From a virus (Duplodnaviria > Caudoviricetes), in the IMG/VR virus record IMGVR_UViG_3300044455_000044, positions 1 through 29,180 of that record: a stretch of 29,180 bases of DNA. One strand, 5' to 3'. Positions 1-6,315 of this stretch are shown here, in pieces. The translations under genes were made by a program, and so were the position numbers. The notes beneath the pieces are model-generated. The model was not told the origin of the DNA. It made no database searches and was given only the letters and a program-made list of their open reading frames with translations. How positions within the stretch are numbered: position 1 is the stretch's first letter; each line of letters starts with the position of its first letter.

Positions 1-236
1 CCCACTGTTAGTACCCCCGCCTCTTTACAGTCACGACATAACGGTTCTCTTGATAGGTGCATCCGTCTTAACCTTCGCCATGTCGCATCGTATCCACGCT
101 GTGAGGCTGTACCCCTTTGCCTGTCATACACCCTATCCTTACCCCTACGCTGTACCCCGCATTGACTGCAAACCCCATTGCGTACTAGCCCTGTGCAGTG
201 TCTATCCTTGCAGGGTGTAGCTGCTCTGCTTGGCAT
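1..236 (-). CDS. HNH endonuclease, terminase-associated (HK97 gp74-like), truncated at window edge
   Basis: Not in ORF track; manual translation from ATG at 236: MPSRAATPCKDRHCTGLVRNGVCSQCG...RGTASQRGYDATWRRLRRMHLSREPLCRDCKEAGVLTV; the RGY..W..LR...L..EPLC..C pattern is typical of phage HNH proteins; the catalytic HNH part lies beyond the window. Confidence 0.88.
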   Translation of the reverse strand, partial: MPSRAATPCKDRHCTGLVRNGVCSQCGVQRRGKDRVYDRQRGTASQRGYDATWRRLRRMHLSREPLCRDCKEAGVLTV

Positions 237-256
237 ATCACCCACCCCCCATATTG

Positions 257-421
257 TTAGCCAAGGGCAACCCATATCAAGGCACTTACCACCACAACCA
301 ACGCCAACGTCATGGCAAATAGATGTTCGCCCTCGCCTTGCCTGCGACTTAGCTCGACAAAGCCCAGCGCGGCGGAAGCTACTGCGATGATCCAGATCAC
401 ATCAGACTTGGCGAAGTCCAC
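257..421 (-). CDS. Small two-TM membrane protein (holin candidate), 54 aa
   Basis: Manual translation from GTG 421: MDFAKSDVIWIIAVASAALGFVELSRRQGEGEHLFAMTLALVVVVSALIWVALG; starts 2 nt after upstream stop and fills the gap before HNH. Confidence 0.65.
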   Translation of the reverse strand: MDFAKSDVIWIIAVASAALGFVELSRRQGEGEHLFAMTLALVVVVSALIWVALG

Positions 422-423
422 GC

Positions 424-606
424 TTAGAACGCCGCCAGCAAATCAAACTGCCTGACGATAAATATTAAGAAGATGAGCGCCACCAGTACCGTCACAATGA
501 CACGGATTGGCTCAGGTAATGGGATCTGCGCTAAGGCCCAAAAGACCACATAGCAAATTAAAGCGATGATGATAATGGCAATCAGCAAACCTAAGAGACC
601 GCTCAT
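424..606 (-). CDS. Two-TM membrane protein (holin candidate)
   Basis: Two very hydrophobic helices split by IPLPEP turn; AGGGGG RBS; directly downstream of endolysin. Confidence 0.7.
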   Translation of the reverse strand: MSGLLGLLIAIIIIALICYVVFWALAQIPLPEPIRVIVTVLVALIFLIFIVRQFDLLAAF

Positions 607-615
607 GTTTCCCCC

Positions 616-1962
616 TCAAAGCTCTAAACCGTGCAGAATCGCCCACGTTTCGGGGCAAACTCGCCCAGACCGCATCGGCGTACCCGGCAAGTAAGTGCCG
701 TCAATGTCCTGCAAGCGAATTTCGAAGTGCAGATGAGCGCCGGTAGAATTGCCCGTACTGCCCACCTTGCCCACCGTGTCGCCCGCTTGCAAGACCGTTC
801 CCGCCATTGCGCCCGGCTCCATCAAATGCGCGTAAAATGAATAGCAACCAAAGGCGTCATGCGCCACTCTCACATACCAGCCGTACGCCGGGTCAAAGGC
901 GCTGTAGGCCACGATGCCAAAGGCCAGACTGCGTATGGGCGTGCCTTCTGTTATTCCGAAGTCCACACCGTTATGGCCCCACATGCCGAATGAGCTGTAA
1001 TCCTCCAACGATTGGCCAAAGTGCTGCGTAAGGCGTGCGCCGGGCAGCGGATGCACCAACTTCATGCCGGGTGGCGTCGGCCTGGGCGGTTCTGGTTCGA
1101 TGACGGGCGGGTCAGGAATGGTCGTGGCGAGAATAGCGGCGTAGGCCGGCTCAATGTCAAACGAAAACCATTCATGTGAGGCGAAGTCAGAGGCAAAAAC
1201 ACAGGAGCCGAGAAAACGCTTATCTGCGCTCATCAGGCCAGTGTATTCGGCAAGCTCATTGGCATACGCTTGCGCATCCTTGCGCCCACGCCAGCCGCGC
1301 TGATTGTGCGCCACGCTGCCATCCTCGACGTACATATCAATGCCCGTCTCGCCGATTACTATCGGCACGTCCCACGGGCATTTCAAAGTGCGTCCGCACC
1401 ACCAGCCCCAATTCTCTTTTGGCCCCGCATCGGCCCAATATTCGTGGCAGATGAGCGCCCCGTTATTCTTCCTGATAGCATTGTCAACGCCGTGGTAAGG
1501 CGACCAGTCGGGCGGCGTGTCCGGCCCCGTATTCGCCGGCCAGCCCACCGATAGTTGCATAGCGCCTACGCGCAGTCCCAACTTTGTCGCCTCGTCACAT
1601 AGGGCGATGGTGTAGCGGCGCAAGGCTTCGGGCACGCCGGCATCCCAAACCGCCGGTTCATTAATGCCGAGGATGAGCGTGCGCGCCTTATCAAAACCCA
1701 GATGCTTTTGGTGACTATTCCATTCGCGAGCGTGGCGGATTCCCGTCGTAACCGGGTCTTTGAACATGTCCTCTTTTTGCTCAGACAAAGCCCAATCCCG
1801 CGCAATGACGAGACTATTCGGTAAGTTGTCTTTGGCCCAGGCGTAGTCAGGCGGCCCGCCATCCATGATCTTGAATACGGAGGGCTGCATCTGCTTAAAG
1901 TAGGCGTAGTCTTGCGCTCTGCGGTGCATCACCGACCAGTAGACGCCTAAGCGACTCGTCAT
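616..1962 (-). CDS. Endolysin: N-terminal glycoside-hydrolase-like domain, Pro-rich linker, C-terminal M23 peptidase
   Basis: M23 motifs HNGVD, YAHL, GKVGSTGNSTGAHLHFE; N-terminal GINEP, HEYW, IGETG pattern resembling clan GH-A barrels; linker PDPPVIEPEPPRPTPP. Confidence 0.82.
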   Translation of the reverse strand: MTSRLGVYWSVMHRRAQDYAYFKQMQPSVFKIMDGGPPDYAWAKDNLPNSLVIARDWALSEQKEDMFKDPVTTGIRHAREWNSHQKHLGFDKARTLILGINEPAVWDAGVPEALRRYTIALCDEATKLGLRVGAMQLSVGWPANTGPDTPPDWSPYHGVDNAIRKNNGALICHEYWADAGPKENWGWWCGRTLKCPWDVPIVIGETGIDMYVEDGSVAHNQRGWRGRKDAQAYANELAEYTGLMSADKRFLGSCVFASDFASHEWFSFDIEPAYAAILATTIPDPPVIEPEPPRPTPPGMKLVHPLPGARLTQHFGQSLEDYSSFGMWGHNGVDFGITEGTPIRSLAFGIVAYSAFDPAYGWYVRVAHDAFGCYSFYAHLMEPGAMAGTVLQAGDTVGKVGSTGNSTGAHLHFEIRLQDIDGTYLPGTPMRSGRVCPETWAILHGLEL

Positions 1963-2153
1963 TCTGTCTCCCGTACGCGTAGCAGTTCGCGCAGTACGTC
2001 AATCATCTGTTGTTGGTCGCTGTGCGCCACGTCGCAACTGTTCTTCAATTGGGCGATGGCGGCGCGGTGCGCCCTGTCGAGTAGATAGAGCGCCACGGTT
2101 GCGATCGAAAAGCAGCCCAAAATCCATTCGAGCGGCGACCATTGCCATTCCAC
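1959..2153 (-). CDS. Single-TM protein with helical tail (holin-like candidate)
   Basis: Probable GTG start at 2153 (MEWQWSPLEWILGCFSIATVALYLL...); ATGA overlap with endolysin start. Confidence 0.6.
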   Translation of the reverse strand: MEWQWSPLEWILGCFSIATVALYLLDRAHRAAIAQLKNSCDVAHSDQQQMIDVLRELLRVRETE

Positions 2154-2154
2154 G

Positions 2155-2241
2155 TTACGGCCGCTCCGCCATCGCGAAGTGCGCCAGGATTGCACCCGCT
2201 ATTCCAAGTCCTAGCCAAAAGACAGGTTCAGATATGATCAT
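2155..2241 (-). CDS. Small hydrophobic peptide, 28 aa
   Basis: MIISEPVFWLGLGIAGAILAHFAMAERP; first ORF after the terminator, stop 1 nt before next start; no clear RBS. Confidence 0.4.
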   Translation of the reverse strand: MIISEPVFWLGLGIAGAILAHFAMAERP

Positions 2242-2260
2242 GATGTTTGGTGTGGGAAAT

Positions 2261-2292
2261 AAAAAACGACCGGCGGGATTACCCGCCAGCCG
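2261..2292 (-). terminator. Intrinsic terminator upstream of lysis cassette
   Basis: Minus strand CGGCTGGCGGG-TAAT-CCCGCCGGTCG-TTTTTT: 11-bp stem (2 G-U) plus U-tract. Confidence 0.85.
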
Positions 2293-2380
2293 CATCGACT
2301 GTGCAATATATGTGGCTGTAATGGCGCGGCGATGAAGTAAAGAAGGCCTGCGCACAGCCTAGCGGCTTGCGGGCCTTCTA
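2261..2380 (-). ncRNA. Putative structured late-leader RNA / attenuator (~120 nt)
   Basis: Bounded by consensus promoter and terminator; 5' hairpin AGAAGGCC-CGCA-AGCC-(GCTA)-GGCT-G-TGCG-CA-GGCCTTCT at 2379-2341. Confidence 0.55.
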
Positions 2381-2386
2381 GGTGTT

Positions 2387-2415
2387 AAGATAACACTTGC
2401 CGCGCGCGCTGTCAA
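2387..2415 (-). promoter_or_regulatory. Sigma70/sigmaA-type promoter (probable late promoter) with palindrome over the -10
   Basis: TTGACA (2415-2410), 17 nt, TG-n-TATCTT (2392-2387); inverted repeat GTGTTA-aga-TAACAC at 2382-2396. Confidence 0.78.
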
Positions 2416-2428
2416 TAAAATCGCGTAA

Positions 2429-2611
2429 TCATGGCGGCGGCAGCTCCTCTTCCATCACCAGAATCACCTCACGCGCTATCTCCGCCGACTCGCAGTGGCG
2501 GAAATCTTGCCACTTGCTGCCACGCGCCAGCTTGCGCCGCTGGATGTGGCAGTCGTCTTGCGCGTCAATGCGGTACATCCATAGCGTTGCCGGGCGGTGA
2601 ATTTCGATCAT
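2429..2611 (-). CDS. Hypothetical protein, 60 aa (last gene of early operon)
   Basis: GGAG RBS, co-directional with the operon; no recognised motif. Confidence 0.6.
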   Translation of the reverse strand: MIEIHRPATLWMYRIDAQDDCHIQRRKLARGSKWQDFRHCESAEIAREVILVMEEELPPP

Positions 2612-2786
2612 GCTGCGCTTCTCCGTTTCCGTGAAATTCGATCAGTGGAACAAATTCGCCCCGATATTTAGCGCGGTGAATCACTTGGTCATTGTGCGAC
2701 ATGTAGACGTAGCCATCCTGGTCTATCTCTGCGAGGATGGGCATGGCTCCTGCAAATGGGTAATAGTAAAAGGGCAAGAGTTTCAC
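2565..2786 (-). CDS. Hypothetical protein, 73 aa
   Basis: GTG at 2786 with GGAGGT RBS and GTGA overlap with upstream stop; MKLLPFYYYPFAGAMP... Confidence 0.6.
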   Translation of the reverse strand: MKLLPFYYYPFAGAMPILAEIDQDGYVYMSHNDQVIHRAKYRGEFVPLIEFHGNGEAQHDRNSPPGNAMDVPH

Positions 2787-3001
2787 GCCGACACCTCCAG
2801 TCGCAACGGTTGCCAATCGCCAGAGAAGGCGGCCAACGGTATAGATTGCTGCCTGCCTATCAGCTTGACGGCCAGCTCGTAGCCGCGCCGGTTCCAGACG
2901 TTGACGATTTCGACGGGGCCATGCACGCGCCGAAACTGGTTGTTGTTGCCGACCGCACGCGTGCCGGAAAACCAAAAGAAGCCCGTGGTGTCTGGCGTCA
3001 T
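2783..3001 (-). CDS. Hypothetical protein, 72 aa
   Basis: ATGA overlap with rep stop; MTPDTTGFFWFSG... coupled at both ends. Confidence 0.65.
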   Translation of the reverse strand: MTPDTTGFFWFSGTRAVGNNNQFRRVHGPVEIVNVWNRRGYELAVKLIGRQQSIPLAAFSGDWQPLRLEVSA

Positions 3002-3930
3002 GGTGCGGCCGCCGGCGCTAGTTTGGCCGCATCTTGGATTTCCTTCTCCAGTTCCTTCTTATGCACTTCATGCAGATAGGGATAAATCCCTTCATTCGTT
3101 TGCGCTCGGATATAACCGGGCCGATTGTCAATTCCCTTGAAGGGATGCTGCTTGTAGCGGCCAACAAAGTCATGGGCATCGTCCGGATCGGCGGCATAGA
3201 TGTTGTTACAGAGCCAGCACCATTCAATAAAAACACGTAAGAGTCTACTATCCAGCGTGGAGATAAAAGCATCAACACCAACAAAACCATCAACATACTC
3301 CGCTTCCTTGCGCGCAAAGTCGGCCAGCGTGTTGTTGTTGATTTTAACTTTTGCTTTAACTTCTTGTTGAACTTCTACTTCTTGTTGTATTTGTTGTTGA
3401 TCTTCATCATGTACTTTACGTGTATTCTTCATGGATTTTACATGTAAAGTTATGTCTACATCGTCAGTCCCGTTAGACGCCTCCACCAATGCGGCATGAT
3501 ATATGCTTCGTTCGCCAATTGATTCAGCGAGGCGGCCAGCCAATTCACGTTCGTTTGGGATAAGACCAATGTTTTTCAAGCGTCGAAATCCTGGCGGTGG
3601 TGGCAGGTCGCTCTCAAGTTCACGCTCATAGGTCATATTGATATTGTGCTTGCGGAAGCCCTTGAAGAAAAGAATATAGCCGTCTTTCCATTCATAGCGC
3701 ACGACCAGGTTATGTTCAACCCATTCTTGGATGATGCGCCCCATCTTATCCATAAGTTCCACGCGGCGCGGCACAACCTTACCCCATAGAGGAATCGGAT
3801 CGCCGGCAATCAGACCATCCCGATCCAGGTGCGGAATCGTCAACAAAAAGATTAGCTCGGCCTCGATACTCATACTGTTGAGGTCGGGGTCACTGCCGGC
3901 CTTTGCACTTAACATTCTAGCCTTAGCCAC
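2998..3930 (-). CDS. Phage replication initiator / replisome organiser-like protein
   Basis: N-terminus MAKARML...LNSMSIEAELIFLLTIPHLDRDGLIAGDP matches the phage replisome-organiser winged-helix pattern; low-complexity AT-rich linker; GGGGGAGG RBS. Confidence 0.72.
   Translation of the reverse strand: MAKARMLSAKAGSDPDLNSMSIEAELIFLLTIPHLDRDGLIAGDPIPLWGKVVPRRVELMDKMGRIIQEWVEHNLVVRYEWKDGYILFFKGFRKHNINMTYERELESDLPPPPGFRRLKNIGLIPNERELAGRLAESIGERSIYHAALVEASNGTDDVDITLHVKSMKNTRKVHDEDQQQIQQEVEVQQEVKAKVKINNNTLADFARKEAEYVDGFVGVDAFISTLDSRLLRVFIEWCWLCNNIYAADPDDAHDFVGRYKQHPFKGIDNRPGYIRAQTNEGIYPYLHEVHKKELEKEIQDAAKLAPAAAP
3330..3460. other. Putative replication origin within rep gene
   Basis: AT-rich, strand-skewed tract; minus-strand repeats TACATGTAAA, TACACGTAAA, TACATGATGA and CAACAAGAAGT x2; palindrome TTTACATGTAAA 3437-3448. 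Confidence 0.5.
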
Positions 3931-4083
3931 AATGCGCCTCCCCCAAATCTATATCCCCGTCTATATCCTTTTCCGGCCCCTGCCAGCTTGAATCAAACTC
4001 GTTCATTTGATATATTCCCCTCGTTCATTTTCTTGGCCCCACGTGCTGTGCCGTCCAGGTCAACAGCCGTGGGGTGTTTTATG

Positions 4084-4494
4084 CTAAAGATGCTTATTGG
4101 CTTCGATCTTCTCCGACTTGCTCTCGGCTATCGCCGCCGTCAGAATGCGATCCATCTCCGTCACATCCAGCGCCAGGCCCAGCAGCTCGTGTTCCAGCTT
4201 GCCGAGGTGCGCCAGCCCATGTACATCGACCCAATCAAAATTACGCGTTTCCTCTAGCCACTCCAATACCTTTCTCATTCGCCGCTGTGCTGCAACTGAC
4301 CTCTGCATACTGTCCTCCAACGCCCATTTCACTTTGGTCGCCAGATGCGGCTTGTATACTTTCTTGCCGCTCGGCCTCCGCCTCTTCATCTCACCTGCCG
4401 TATAGACCAGCGCGGCACTTTCATCGACCACTTTGTCGGCAATGCTTGACATGATGCTGTTTTCCCTTCTATCCTGTGAGTGCTTATGATTCAT
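4084..4494 (-). CDS. Hypothetical helical protein
   Basis: Long clean ORF; start either ATG 4494 (ATGA-coupled to upstream small ORF) or ATG 4452 (AGAAGGGA RBS). Confidence 0.7.
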   Translation of the reverse strand: MNHKHSQDRRENSIMSSIADKVVDESAALVYTAGEMKRRRPSGKKVYKPHLATKVKWALEDSMQRSVAAQRRMRKVLEWLEETRNFDWVDVHGLAHLGKLEHELLGLALDVTEMDRILTAAIAESKSEKIEANKHL

Positions 4495-4682
4495 GCCCCG
4501 CACCCCGCGAGGCCCAAAGACTTGCTATTTGCGACACTTCCCACCTCGCCATGCGCTTGCCGTGGGAAGTTTTGCGTCATATCACCCTCGCTCCATCGTC
4601 TGCGCTTGTGGCGCTTGCGCGCCCGATACCGAAAAGCGCAACTCCGCGCCAGCCCCCTTCGCTACCGTGAAAGGATGAAATT

Positions 4683-5606
4683 GTGGTCAAAAACGCACGG
4701 GATCTACTTGAAAAGTTCCTCACCGCCAAGAGCGCCGCCGGCAAAGCCGAGCGCACACTGCGTTGGTATGCCGACATTCTTGGCGCGTACCTGGATTACG
4801 GAGAGCAGAACAATCTTTCGTGGTGGCGTACCGAGACCATCGAACGCTTCCAAGCGCATCTGTGGCAGCGCGGCTTTAAGCCAAATTCGGTCGATTGCTA
4901 TTACCGGGCGATCCGTGCCTGGTGCAACTGGCTCATCAAGCGCAAGCTCATGCCCGCACCTTCGCCGATAGAAGCGTTGGAACGACCCACCCGGCCCAGC
5001 GACCCCGTGCCGCACGTCACGCTCAACGAATTTACGCTGCTGCTGCGCGCCATCCAGGGCGACGAATGGACGGATCACCGTGACCGCTGTTTACTGTTGT
5101 TGATGTTCTGGAGTGGACTACGCGTGGCCGAAGTGATTGGCCTGCGCATTGTCGATGTGGATGTTGCCAAACGCCTCGTCACCGTGCGCCGCGGTAAGGG
5201 CGGTAAATCTCGCCTAGTTCCTTGCGCCTCCGACCTGGGCGTCAATATGGTGGCGTATCTACTGAGCCGTCCCGGCGTCGTGGGAGATGTGCTCTTTGTT
5301 TCCAACGATGGCTATGGGGGCGTGCGTGGGGCGTTAACGGTGGGCGGTCTGCGTCAAATGCTCTACCGGCGCTGCAAAGCCGCCGAGCTGCGCTACATGC
5401 ACCCACATCTATTCCGGCATGGCTTTGCGATGCTTTTTTTGAACAATGGTATGCCGCTCAGCGCCGTGTCAGCGGCGATGGGCCATAGTTCGCAGCAAAT
5501 TACGACTGACATCTATGCCCACTGGTTGACCGATGGCCTCAGCCGTGAATACGAATCGGCTAGAGCGCGTGTGGAGCGTAGGGGGAGCCCTCTGGGCCCC
5601 ACATAG
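4683..5606 (+). CDS. int: Tyrosine recombinase/integrase, XerC/D-like length
   Basis: Catalytic set GLRVAE (R), GKGGK (K), HLFRH (HxxR), MGH (H), DIY (Y); AAAGGA RBS; adjacent to tRNA fragment. Confidence 0.95.
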   Translation: MVKNARDLLEKFLTAKSAAGKAERTLRWYADILGAYLDYGEQNNLSWWRTETIERFQAHLWQRGFKPNSVDCYYRAIRAWCNWLIKRKLMPAPSPIEALERPTRPSDPVPHVTLNEFTLLLRAIQGDEWTDHRDRCLLLLMFWSGLRVAEVIGLRIVDVDVAKRLVTVRRGKGGKSRLVPCASDLGVNMVAYLLSRPGVVGDVLFVSNDGYGGVRGALTVGGLRQMLYRRCKAAELRYMHPHLFRHGFAMLFLNNGMPLSAVSAAMGHSSQQITTDIYAHWLTDGLSREYESARARVERRGSPLGPT

Positions 5607-5645
5607 TCTGCTTCGTAGGCAGACACACTGGGCCACTTTTCTTGA

Positions 5646-5689
5646 CTCTGGAGCAGAGAGTTGGGGTTCGAGTCCCTGCCCCCCAGCTA
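5646..5689 (+). other. attP core: 3' half of tRNA-Gln(CTG)
   Basis: Anticodon loop CTCTGGA, stem strand GCAGA, variable GAGT, T-arm TGGGG-TTCGAGT-CCCTG, acceptor strand CCCCCCA, discriminator G, then CTA; no matching 5' half upstream; 40 nt after int stop. Confidence 0.88.
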
Positions 5690-5775
5690 AACACCTTTTT
5701 TGGTTTTTAAGGTGCAGGCAATCAATAGCGGTGATCCGCCAAGATAAGCGCTGTTGATTGCCAAATAAGGGAAAA

Positions 5776-5818
5776 GCGTTCAGTTCTGTAAACAAACGGG
5801 ACTGGGCGCTTTTTCTTT
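5776..5818 (+). terminator. Intrinsic terminator downstream of attP
   Basis: GCGTTCAGTTCTGT-aaacaa-ACGGGACTGGGCGC-TTTTTCTTT; 14-bp stem with 4 G-U pairs. Confidence 0.75.
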
Positions 5819-5845
5819 GCGCCTCGCCCCGGTCACATATTCACC

Positions 5846-6091
5846 CTAACCTGCTGTTGTTGCGAGTTCCGCGACCGGGGCCAGCAGGTTTGGGTCGAGC
5901 GTCAAAATATCGTTGGGCGTGCATTGCAACTCACGCAATAATGACTCAAGACTTCCAGACGAAAAAGCCGCCCCGCGAAACCAAGCAGACATGGCCGCCT
6001 GACTAACTCCTACGCGCTCGGCTAGTTCGCCAAAAGTCCTGATGCCAACGATTTTCATCTGCTGTTTGACCTTCCAGCGATCGATCCTCAT
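5846..6091 (-). CDS. XRE/Cro-C1 family HTH regulator, 81 aa
   Basis: TFGELAERVGVSQAAMSAWFRG...LLRELQCTPNDIL HTH; ATG 6091 behind AAAGGA; no C-terminal S24 peptidase domain. Confidence 0.88.
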   Translation of the reverse strand: MRIDRWKVKQQMKIVGIRTFGELAERVGVSQAAMSAWFRGAAFSSGSLESLLRELQCTPNDILTLDPNLLAPVAELATTAG

Positions 6092-6160
6092 GGCCTTCAT
6101 TCCTTTCATTTTTTCGAACTCGCCACTAGGATACAATGGTTCCTAGCAAAACACAAGCCT

Positions 6161-6214
6161 CACTTTTGATTTTTGTCTTGACATTAAAGGATTATCATGC
6201 TAATATCAAAAGTG
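6161..6214 (+). promoter_or_regulatory. Rightward sigma70-type promoter flanked by 10-bp inverted repeat
   Basis: TTGACA (6178-6183), 17 nt, TG-n-TAATAT (6201-6206); CACTTTTGAT (6161-6170) / ATCAAAAGTG (6205-6214). Confidence 0.68.
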
Positions 6215-6248
6215 TAGCTTAAAACAAAGGGGTTGGCGCAAGCCAATG

Positions 6249-6288
6249 AAAAAGCGCCGGCGGCTGTCAGCCACGATCAGCCGCCGGC
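6249..6288 (-). terminator. GC-rich hairpin, probable minus-strand terminator
   Basis: GCCGGCGGCTG (6256-6266) / CAGCCGCCGGC (6278-6288) preceded by an A-run on the plus strand. Confidence 0.5.
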
Positions 6289-6315
6289 TAAACATTCAAG
6301 GTGAAAGGACGTTGA

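Noticed and set aside
178-390. 70-aa plus-strand ORF
   Set aside because: Overlaps the better-supported minus-strand HNH and 54-aa membrane ORFs
5610-5689. Complete tRNA-Gln gene
   Set aside because: No 5' acceptor strand or D-arm upstream and the anticodon stem pairs poorly; only the 3' half is present
5469-5795. 108-aa minus-strand ORF spanning attP as a BPs-style split repressor
   Set aside because: No HTH; it reads as antisense of the tRNA fragment and int end; the real HTH gene stops at 5846
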